A stretch of DNA of 63,511 bases, filler included, from Octopus bimaculoides (lineage: Eukaryota), in NCBI RefSeq assembly GCF_001194135.2. It is 4 parts of 3 records of this genome, joined end to end, with 100 filler letters (N's around TTAATTAATTAA, not from the genome) between each part and the next. Parts side by side here need not be neighbours in the genome. Positions count along the whole stretch, not along the records: positions 33,234 to 53,832 come from NC_068983.1; positions 53,933 to 63,511 come from NC_068983.1; 2 more parts are not named here. One strand, written 5' to 3'. The notes under the pieces are model-generated. The model ran no database searches and was not told the DNA's origin. It worked only from the letters and a program-made list of their open reading frames with translations. The first letter of the stretch is position 1; every line of letters starts with the position of its first letter. Position numbers and translations under genes: made by a program. Positions 53,641 through 63,511 of this stretch are shown piece by piece.

Positions 53641-53932
53641 CCTGGACGGACGGTAGACACATCGGCTCCCATGTAAGTTGCATTTTTCACCTCTTAAAAG
53701 ACCTATTTTGTTTTAAAATTTTGTATAAGTTGTGTATAACACAAAATACTTAGTGAACATATATTTTTCAAAAGGGAAATAGCTCTATTTAGAGCCTTAT
53801 TTCCAAAAATTCAAACATATCTTCCTCGTTCCNNNNNNNNNNNNNNNNNNNNNNNNNNNNNNNNNNNNNNNNNNNNTTAATTAATTAANNNNNNNNNNNN
53901 NNNNNNNNNNNNNNNNNNNNNNNNNNNNNNNN

Positions 53933-54225
53933 TTCACGCAGCTATCCTCATTCATTCTCACCACATGTCCAAACCAGCGCAATCGTCTCTCTTGCACACC
54001 ACTACTGATGCTTCTTATGTTCAGCTTTTCTCTCAAGATACTTACACTCTGACGGGTATGCACATTTACATTACACATCCAGCGGAGCATACTGGCTTCA
54101 TTCCTTGCGAGCTTACGCATGTCCTCAGCAGTCACAGCCCATGTTTCACTGCCATGTAGCATGGCTGTTCATACACATGCGTCATACAGTCTGCCTTTTA
54201 CTCTGAGTGAGAGTCCTTTGTCGCC
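53933..54225 (-). mobile_element. RTE LINE C-terminal fragment
   Basis: MLHGSETWAVTAEDMRKLARNEASMLRWMCNV...ERRLRWFGHVVRM. Confidence 0.9.
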
Positions 54226-54314
54226 AATGAATATTAAAAATATATATGGACAAATGCATTGAATATATGGGGCAATGCACTGAATGCATATCTACAGTTA
54301 ATATCACTTTTTCC

Positions 54315-54343
54315 CTGACGAAGGAGACATTCTCTGAAAATGA
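54315..54343 (+). ncRNA. Hammerhead motif remnant
   Basis: CUGACGA-A-GGAGA CAU UCUCU-GAAA-AUGA. 5-bp stem II; cleavage-site region decayed. Confidence 0.4.
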
Positions 54344-54865
54344 ATTTTAAGATTCATTTTTTTACCTGGATGAATGAACACCAGAAGCGGCCATGGGAAT
54401 ATTTTCTTTTAATATGTAACCCAAAACCTTATTTTGATGCCTATTATTACCTCTTCCCTATATTTTCAGGTCTTTTTTACAAACGTTTTTATCAATATTC
54501 CTATACTTCATTATATTATTAATATGTTTACCCATTCATATTCATATATTTATATGTCCATATATATTTTTAATATTCATATATTTTCATATTTTTAATA
54601 TATTAATTTTTTATCTTAATTAAATTCGAACACGTGTATTCATTATAGCTAACCTAATTTGAACTTTTTCCATTTCATTTATTATACTTGTCTAACATCT
54701 CAGGTTTGACTTGAGCACTTCTATGCAGTCTATGTGTTTCAAAAGAAGTATTTTAACTATGTATATATATATATATATATATATNNNNNNNNNNATGTAT
54801 GTATGTATGTATGTATGTATGTATGTATGTGTGTGTGTGTATGTATGTATGTATGTATGTATGTA

Positions 54866-54900
<35 letters not shown>

Positions 54901-55289
54901 ACACACATATTGATGTATGATATATATGGAAAATGTAAATTAAGAGCTTCAATGTCATCATATAAAACATTGAAGTTTCATAACATACTGGTGAGCTACA
55001 CATGATGCTATATAATACCGACTGGTCAATAAGGTACTACCTTAGATAGAGGTGTTATTGTAACCTGGTCAGTTAGATAACATGCCTGAAATATAGGAGT
55101 TATTGAGGATTCATTTGCATGGTAATACAGTAAGACAGAGATGCTAGTATAGCCTTAATCAGTATGGAAACCCACCTGATGCAGAGGTGTTTGCATAGCC
55201 TGGTCAGTAAGGTGACCTACCTGAGATAGCTGTTTTAATTTTGCCAAGTTTATATTATAATTCTTACAAACCCTACTACTGTTACTATG

Positions 55290-56085
55290 GATTATCCTTA
55301 AAAGCTGAGTCAAAAGCTTTCTCCAAGTCAACAAAGGCCAAGTACAGAGGTTTATCTTTGGCTATGCATTTCTCCCACATCTGCCTAACCAGAAATATAG
55401 CATCAGTGCTGCTTTTCCCTGGCATAAAACCAAACTGCATCTCATCTAAGCTAACTCTCTCCCTAATTACTTGGGCTATGACTTTCCGTAACTTTCATCA
55501 TCTCATCCAGCAATTTGAAACTACTGTAATTATTTTTCTCAAAGGCATCATCTTTACATTTGTAGCAGTTGACTATGGTTCTGCTACACCAGCCATTGGG
55601 TATGACTCCTTCATGAACCAGCTGATTTACAGTATGGGTGACTAGACCATAACCCTCTCTGCCAGATATTTTAAGCATCTCAGCAGTGACTCCAGATGGG
55701 CCAGGGGCTTTTCCTGTCTTCATATCCTTAATTGCTTTATCTACCATGGAACTGTCAATTTGGGTAGCCAGTTCTTCAACTGGGTCAACGTTTGGCAGAC
55801 TACTCCTCCCAGTCATTCTCTACATTCAGCAGTTGTTTCATGATGACATTTCCAAGCCTCTATCTTGGCAGAATCATTACATGTAAGTGCACCAGCATCC
55901 ATACAGACACATTTCTCTCCTATGACATTGCAATTTTCTCTCACACACTGTCTTGCAATCTGAAACACTTCAGTTCTTTGGCCCTCACATCCCTGAATAT
56001 AGGTAAGCTTATTCTTTCCTGTTTCTCCCTTGGCTAGACATACTTGTCTCCTAGCATCCCTTCTGGCAATCTGATACAGTTCCCT
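55290..56085 (-). mobile_element. RTE LINE RT-region fragment
   Basis: VDKAIKDMKTGKAPGPSGVTAEMLK...QFGFMPGKSTDAIFLVRQMWEK...LYLAFVDLEKAFD. Confidence 0.9.
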
Positions 56086-56149
56086 GCTATATATATATAT
56101 ATATATAGCATATATATATAGCATATATATATATATATCATCATTATCA

Positions 56150-57160
56150 ATCATCATCATCATCGTTTAATATCTGCTTTCCATGCTGGCATGAGTTAGA
56201 TGGTTTGACTGAGGACTGGCAAGCCAGGAGGCTGCACCAGGCTCCAATCTGATCTGGCAAGGTTTCTACACCTGGAGAGTGTAGTTGGTGCTTTTTATGT
56301 GCCACTGACATGGGAGCCAGCCAGGTGGCACTGACATCGGCTATGCTCAAATGATGCTTTTTATGTGCTACTGGCAAGGATGACAATCAGGCGACACTGG
56401 CATCAGCCATGCTCAAATGGTGCTTTTTACATGCCATTGGTTTGGGAGCTAGTCAGGCAGCACTTGCATCGGCCACAACTACAACTTCATTTGGCTCAAC
56501 AGGTTTGCTCAAGCACAGCATATTGCCCGATGATAGAAGTGTACTTTTAAACAGGCCAATTATGCGATACTGGCATTGGCTACGGCTACAGTCTCACTTG
56601 GCTTGCCAGGTCTTCTCAAGCACAACATATCTCCAAAGGTCTTGGTTGCTTTTCATTGCCTCTGTGAAACCCAACGTTCAAAAGTCATGCTTCACCACCT
56701 CCTCCCATGTCTTCCTGGGTCTACCTCTTTCACAAGTTCCCTCTGTTAGGGTGTGACAATTCACACAGCTGTCCTCATCCATATGTAACACATGACCATT
56801 CCAGCACAGTCATTGCACACCACATCTGATGCTTCTTATGTCTAACTTTTCTCTCAGGGCAAATACATTCTGCTTTGTATGTACACTGACATTACACATC
56901 CAGCGGAACATACTGGCTTCATTTCTCTCAAGCCTACACATGTCCTCAGCAGTTACAGCCCATACAGTCACAGGCATCATACAGTCTACTTTTCACACTG
57001 AGTGAGAGGCTTTTTGTTACCAGCAGAGGTAGGAGCTCTCTGAACTTTATCCAGCCTATTCTTATTCTAGTAGCTATGCTCTCAGAGCATCAACCCACCG
57101 CTACTGACTTTGTCACTTAGGTAACAGAAACTATCAACTACCTCTAGTTTTTTCCCCTGG
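56150..57160 (-). mobile_element. RTE LINE 3' fragment with (ATG)n tail and internally repetitive 3' UTR
   Basis: Minus strand AVTAEDMCRLERNEASMFRWMCNV...GRPRKTWEEVVKHD. (CAT)n on the plus strand at about 56150-56164. Confidence 0.85.
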
Positions 57161-57506
57161 CATGTGATGGAATCTGTTTTCTGTACATCTTCGGTGTTTA
57201 TTGCCTTTGTGCATNNNNNNNNNNNNNNNNNNNNNNNNNNNNNNNNNNNNNNNNNNNNNNNNNNNNNNNNNNNNNNNNNNNNNNNNNNNNNNNNNNNNNN
57301 NNNNNNNNNNNNNNNNNNNNNNNNNNNNNNNNNNNNNNNNNNNNNNNNNNNNNNNNNNNNNNNNNNNNNNNNNNNNNNNNNNNNNNNNNNNNNNNNNNNN
57401 NNNNNNNNNNNNNNNNNNNNNNNNNNNNNNNNNNNNNNNNNNNNNNNNNNNNNNNNNNNNNNNNNNNNNNNNNNNNNNNNNNNNNNNNNNNNNNNNNNNN
57501 NNNNNN

Positions 57507-57705
57507 ATATATAGGAGAATTTACGAAAAAAAACAACAACAGATGAGGACAGGTGGTGTAGATAACAAAAGGATGTATTAGTTTAACGCTCGGGAATACA
57601 GAAAGTCTTTAACGTTTCGAGCTACGCTCTTCAACAGAAAGAATACGGAGAAAACAAAGAGAAAAACATGGAGAAAAAAATTGAATGGTTTGGTCAGCGA
57701 TCTGT
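57507..57705 (-). mobile_element. Penelope-type terminal-repeat fragment (hammerhead-bearing family)
   Basis: Contains the hammerhead at 57606-57642. 57507-57605 is near-identical in inverted orientation to 12078-12174 and related to 6260-6350. Confidence 0.6.
57606..57642 (-). ncRNA. Minimal type I hammerhead motif (CUGUUGA core variant) in a Penelope-type terminal repeat
   Basis: UCUUU-CUGUUGA-A-GAGC GUA GCUC-GAAAC-GUU-AAAGA. Stems I and II are perfect. Stem III is reduced to the palindrome AACGUU. Confidence 0.65.
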
Positions 57706-57714
57706 GAAAGTATT

Positions 57715-57987
57715 TCCTGTTACTTCATATCTGCAAGGCCATAAGTCTTAAGAATGTTCCTTCCATTACATTCAAACATTGCATAGAGCTAGTCCTTATA
57801 CTCATTAAACTTTTTCATCTCTTTCTATCTCTCAGTCTCTCTCTCCTCTTTTTCCTCACCCCGAGCAATAACTCATAATTAAAAACATGGTAGAAGAGCA
57901 GTCCCTCTGACCCCGCCAACTACTGTACTATGACACTCTCTTCCAGCATTTCAAAGTGATGATAAAACTATTAACAACAATCTGTTT

Positions 57988-58056
<69 letters not shown>

Positions 58057-59240
58057 TATCTATCTATCTCTTCCTCACCTTTGTCACCAACAGTTTAATT
58101 TTTATACTATCAGCTCTTTTGGAGATCTGTAATATATTTTCCACCCCAGAGAGCACATACCTTTTAGAAATTTCATGAAAACATCATTGTTACTCTCACC
58201 ATGAGCAAGTTATTCAACTGCATCTAGTATGCAAATCTGGTAAAATTCCTTACCTATAGGCTGTACACAACTCTCTTCTTATGAATCAGTGTCTGCATGC
58301 CAGATCACAGTACTATGGTAAGTATTAATATTATAACTCTCTTAACTCCCTCTCTATAATTTCTGATATGTCATTCACACTTTTCTTCCTCTACAGTGAC
58401 AACCTCTGTGATTTCACTATCAGCAACACCCATTCTTATATAGATGATAATACCCTTCATTACTCCTTAACATTCTACACCTATGTCATATACATGCAAC
58501 CTCGATACAAAAATATCCTCCAATATGGTTGTCAACGTTGTCTACTTTAATGCTACAATGAAAACCACTACACATGTCAAGAGGAAAAACATTAAGCCAT
58601 GCTAGCACGGAAAGCAGACGTTAAATGAATGAGTCCTCTTAAACATGAATAATATGCAGCTAGACATCACACAGTTACTGAAAATAGCAAGCCTTAGTCT
58701 CACTGGGGATCTCTTCATAGTCAAAACTGCATCACAATGCCTGGTTTTCCTTACAAGAGTCAGAAAATACTTGAGCACCTAACAGCTAATGAATTATTAA
58801 TAAAGCCCAAAAACAGAGTACTGTTTTCTCATCTAGGATAGCACTGCTGCAAGATCCATAGACATCCTAGACCACATCCAGGAAGTAACAGCTACTCCAC
58901 AGAGTCTTATGAAGTCATTTCCGAATATACTCTGGCTTGCAGACATGTTGTTCCCTTTCAGTATTATTTTTTATACTAATTTTACTGTGTCCTCTGCTGT
59001 TTGATGGTGCTGCTGGCTAGTCTCATATCATCTTTCCTCAGCTATTCTTGACTTGCCTATCTCTCTCTTTCTCACTGCCTTTATTGTGACCCCACCCCTA
59101 CCATCAACTAAATCCAACATTAAACATTATTCTCATTTCTTTTTCTTCAGAATGGTATTCTAGAATTCTCACTCTGCACTTGTCTTTTTTGCAGTCATCA
59201 AATTGCAAATATTTAAAAGGAATGTTAGCTACATCAATAT
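57715..59240 (+). mobile_element. Highly decayed CR1/L2-like LINE (RT and C-terminal region)
   Basis: SFTLFFLYSDNLCDFTISNTHSYIDDNTLHYS matches the SPTLFLLFINDL...HSYADDSTL RT motif. Confidence 0.6.
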
Positions 59241-59690
59241 CAGTGGTCTCAGAGGTCTTGTGAAGGTGGTGGTCTCAATCCTTTCCACCAAACTAATAAA
59301 GTATAAAAAGTAAAATAAAAATGAATTTAATGGAATATGTGACCAAGAATCAAGTCTAGGTTGTAGACCAGGTTTTCTCAAGAGCTTACCATTTGTGAAA
59401 TACATTAACCATATTAATTATATAATGAAAGGGAAATTGCAAAACTTGGGGCTGATACCTAATTTATGGATTCAGCTGACAAGGAGTTTACCATTTTCTG
59501 CTCTATGGAATTCATTGGTAATAGACTATAAAGTAGAAATACCAGTGTTGTTTAGTTAGCACTATAGGTTCTGTTTTAAAGCTCTCAACAGGAAATATAA
59601 CTTAGATAGTTTATCAAATGGTTTATAAAGAGATATTTTATTAAAAAAAATATGGCCATGAAAAAGATAATGGACAAAATAAACACTTAC

Positions 59691-59798
59691 TGCAATTCAT
59701 TTCATCACTACCATCACTACAATCATTGATTCTGTCGCATACTTTAGATTCACTATAACAATAATCATTTTTACACTTTCTAGTTCCAATTGGACACT
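59691..59798 (-). CDS. Internal exon encoding one LDL-receptor class A repeat (host gene unidentified; LRP-like, GRL101-like or other LDLa protein)
   Basis: 108-nt exon, phase 1-1, with acceptor ttctataattccag|AG and donor GCA|gtaagt. Translates CPIGTRKCKNDYCYSESKVCDRINDCSDGSDEMNC: six Cys plus the DCxDGSDE signature. Too short for the ORF track. Confidence 0.88.
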
Positions 59799-59939
59799 CT
59801 GGAATTATAGAAAATAAAAACAGAAGATTTTAAAAACATGTAATTATATGTAAATACTTAAAATCTAAACAAGTTGATGTATTACTTGATTACAATTTTT
59901 GCTTTCTATGAATCAAAACAATAAAGGAAACATTTGTCT

Positions 59940-60901
59940 CAATTATTGACTGTTGTCCAAGCAATATACAAATTATTTTCAAGTTGTTGCAAATCATCCA
60001 GTTGTGATCTTTGAATTTAATCTTGTTTAAGAGTGACATCAAATTTTCATGTTTCCTTCATGATCACTGAGTGTCCAGCAGAGATGGAAGCATACTTATT
60101 CCTGTTATGCAGTAGAACAACTTTAAGATATCGTTTTGAAGAGTCAATAAAGGGTCCCTATTCTACAGTATTGTAACCAGTGCCCAGATTTTTTTATTAG
60201 TCCCAATGGAACTGTACAATAAATCAAAATGTTTTTTAGTGAAATAAGAAACAAATTCTTTTCTGCTGTTATGATGCATGAGGAGCTAAAAGATTTTTGA
60301 ATTTCAGTTTGGAACCTAAAAGCTCTGCTGACTCCTTTGCAAGCCCTAAGTCCCTCACCAGATTGTTTAATTCACTCTAATTGAATACTTGAGGTTCTTC
60401 ATCTTCATTACTTCTGAAGTCTTCATTGTTGTTGCTATTTCTGCCTTGTGACTTAGAACTCAAATGTATGTCTTCAAGGTCACCTGCTGGCGATGGGATT
60501 GGAACATCTAGTCCATGGGCAACAGGTTGCAATGCAGATGAGAGACTTAGATAAACAATGCTCTTCCCACTCTTCAGATTGTGTTCTTGCACCTTACTTG
60601 ATCTAAAGTATTAGTAATCACTGTGATTTTACGCTCTTTCCATATCATTGGAATCCCAAAACAAAAGGACTTCTCAGTACATTTTGTCCTTTGATTTAGT
60701 TCTTCATCATAAAATAAGCAGGCCTTCTGAGGAGCCCACTTCTCTTAATTTCACACCAAAGTTGGCATAGTAAAAATTTTTGATGGCATTGGTAATGTTT
60801 CTCTGATGTAGCTTAGTCATAAATTTGCCACAACTGTAACAAAAGTTATCCAGTCTTTCTGAACATTTATAAGACATCCTTACTTCAAATGATATGGAGG
60901 C
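59940..60901 (-). pseudogene. Chapaev3-like (CMC superfamily) transposase relic, 3'-truncated
   Basis: ATG at 60877: MSYKCSERLDNFCYSCGKF...YYANFGVKL. After frameshifts: FGIPMIWKE, SALQPVAHG, FN*SELNNLVRDLGLAKESAELLGSKLK, FIDSSKRYLKVVLLHN, HNWMICNNLKIICILLGQQ. Motifs recalled from Chapaev3-type transposases; family assignment needs a Repbase/Dfam check. Confidence 0.7.
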
Positions 60902-61199
60902 CTGTAAGGAAAGGGGAAGGGGATTTTTTTAACTGTATATATTTGATTTACCATCAAAATGCATACATATCATTAAAGAAGCAATGAAATATAACTGATG
61001 ATACAGTAAAACAATATACATAGTATGTATGTTTGTTGGTAGTCCATTGATGTCTGGTGATGACAAAGTCTATGTTCTCAGTGGTGAGAGTAATGTGATT
61101 TTGCAGTTCAAAGCTGGAAGCATACAGGCGCTCACAGATATCACAGTGTAATCTGTTGACTAGATTGAGGTGGATGCTGCACTGTGATATTTTTATTTT

Positions 61200-63511
61200 G
61201 CAACATCAAGTCCTCTTCAAAGGCAGTTGCTGCTCCTGAAGTGAGAGACCTCCACATTGAACTGTCTGTGGCAGAAGCTTCAAGTTCATGTGGACCAAAG
61301 CTGCTCTATTTGAGGTTGCTTTTTAGAATGTCTTTGTACCTCAGCTTAGGTCTTCCTTGCTTGCATGAGGTCACCACACAACAGCTATCTGGGTACACAG
61401 TGGTCAGTTATTCTGATGACATGCCAGTCCAGTGCAAATGAGCCTTCAGCAACATTGGCTTAATGTTTGTTGAACTAGCTCTGTCCAGTACTTCTTGGTT
61501 TGTCACCCAGTCCTGCCAGTGAATGCCCATGCCATGATCCTGCATAGTGTCTTTGTGTGAAACTGTTCCAGCTGTTTGATGTGCCAGTGATATGGAGTTC
61601 ATATTTCACATCTATAGAATAGTGTAGAGATGACAACAGCCATGTCAATTGTCAACCTCATTGACAGTCTGATGCCTTTCTGCTGGAGGACTTTCACTTT
61701 CAATCCTCCAAGTGCTTGGCTGGCTTTGTGGATTCTGAATAAGATTTCACTGTCTAATGATGCATTGGCTGAGATTGTGCAACTAAGTACTTGAAACTCT
61801 TCACACACTTAAGCTGCACTCTCTCAATGGTGATGTTTGGCTGGAGGTGAATTTGTTCAGAGCTGCTTGGGCTACAACCTCTATTTGCTCAAGACTCATG
61901 GTCAGTCCAAAGAGCCTTGACCCTTCTGCAAGGTAGTTAACAATGGTCTGCAAGTGATTTTTCCTTATGTGCCATAAGGGCAAAGTCATCTGTAAACAGG
62001 GCTTCAGTAATGAACTTTTTCACTGTCTTGGTTGAAGCAGAGAGTTGGTGGAGGTCAAAAGCAGAGCTGCTTGAGCAATATCTAATGTATACACCCAGGT
62101 CTACGTCTTTCACTGTGTAAAGTAGGACCTGCGTGAAGAACAAGTTGAACAATGTGGGGGTGAGTATGCAGCATTGTTTCACACCATTGGAGATATTGAA
62201 AGAGTTGGTGCAGTCATCATTGCAGAGGACTTGACCAGTGATATTATCACGAAAGAATCTTATCAGTGTAGTGAACATATGTGGGCAGCCCAGCTTAGTT
62301 AGGATTGATCACAAAGCTTCTCTCTTGACTGTGTCAAAAGCTTTGGTCAGGTCTATGAACATGGAATACAAATCTATCTGTTGTTCAATATACTTCTCCT
62401 TGACATAACACACACCAAACACCATGTCTATGGCACTGCAGTCAGGATAGAAGCCACACTGAACTTCAGGTAAGTTACTCTCAGAGACGTTGGTGATGAG
62501 CTGGTGAAGAGGATGCAGGCCAGGATTTTTCCAGCAATGGAAATCAGGGAAATGCCCCAATTTCTGCAGTCTGATTTGGCCCCTTCGTTCTTGTAGAGTA
62601 TAACTATGGTGGTGTCTTGAAAGTCAGCTAGTATACACTCTTCCTCCCAATGGATACAAAGATATCATGGAATGCATTGAAACCTATGGTACCAAGTACC
62701 TTGTACGGTTTTGCAGGAATTCTATGTGCTCCCAGAGCCTTGCCACAGTTCATTTTTTTATGGCAGTCTTGGCCTCATTTACACTAAGCAGCAAGTCAAG
62801 GTCTTTGTGTAGAGTCTTCTGAGGTATTTGCTGCTATGTTTCCTGGTTGACAGTGGACAGCCAGTTTAGGTGTTGGTTCAAGTGCTCCTCTCATCTTGCC
62901 CTGATTCGTTCTTTGTTGTTGATGATTGTTGAGCCATCAGCAGATGTCAAGGGTCTGTTCCACTTTTGGAGGGCTGTAGATGGGCTTGATAGCACTGTAC
63001 AGCATCTTGGAGTTGTTGGTGTCAGTGCAGAGCTGCACTTCTTCAACTTCCTGCTGTCGCCATTAATCTTGCATACTGTGAAGCTTCCTCAGGGGTCTGG
63101 CTTGACAGTCCCTCTATTCCTATCTACACCATATGGATTAGTTTGGCTGATTCTGATAATCATGTAAACCTTTCTCTTATCATCTGACTGTGCTTGTATT
63201 GCTTTGTTGTCATCATTAAAACAGTCCTGATGAAACTTCCTTTGGGCCTAAAACTATTTTGGCTGTCTTTGAACTGACTTCTTTGAACTGGTTCCACTTT
63301 TCCTCTGATCCATCGGTTAGTGGTCCTATTGCCTTGAACTTGATTTCAAGTTTAGGCTGGAACTCTTGCTGGTATTTGGCTGAAAGGAGTTTATGTTGAA
63401 GGCAAGTCTAATAAGCTTTGGGCACTTGTGGTGCTGGGGAACCGTATGGATGTTGAGCATGGCTCTTATGAGTCTATGATCTGTCCAGCACTCTGCTCCA
63501 TGCATTGCTTT
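61200..63511 (-). mobile_element. RTE-clade (BovB-like) LINE, degenerate ORF, runs off the window end
   Basis: Fragments across frameshifts include WTDHRLIRAMLNI, LPEVQCGF...IDMVF, YSMFIDLTKAFDTVKREAL, ISNGVKQCCILTPTLFNLFF, EALFTDDFAL and WQDWVTNQEVLDRA. Confidence 0.9.

Overview
AT-rich, microsatellite-saturated eukaryotic draft-assembly DNA with roughly 7 kb of N gaps. The SINE families and repeat style suggest an octopod cephalopod such as Octopus (inference). Almost all ORF-track entries are microsatellite or gap artefacts. The window reads as mostly intronic sequence of a minus-strand gene: one clear LDL-receptor class A exon at 59691-59798, a probable EGF-like exon at 8486-8551 and several weaker phase-compatible exon candidates. 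It is packed with four tRNA-headed SINE families, MITEs, decayed DNA transposons (mariner, DD37D/maT-like, Chapaev3-like), LINE relics (RTE, CR1/L2-like, L1/Tx1-like) and a Penelope GIY-YIG fragment. The main unannotated signal is a set of about ten type I hammerhead ribozyme motifs on both strands. The best lies in a 346-bp unit with 137-bp terminal redundancy (17091-17573), the architecture of a non-LTR retrozyme (circular-RNA retroelement). A second, older hammerhead-bearing tandem unit of 347-bp period lies at 19165-19610.
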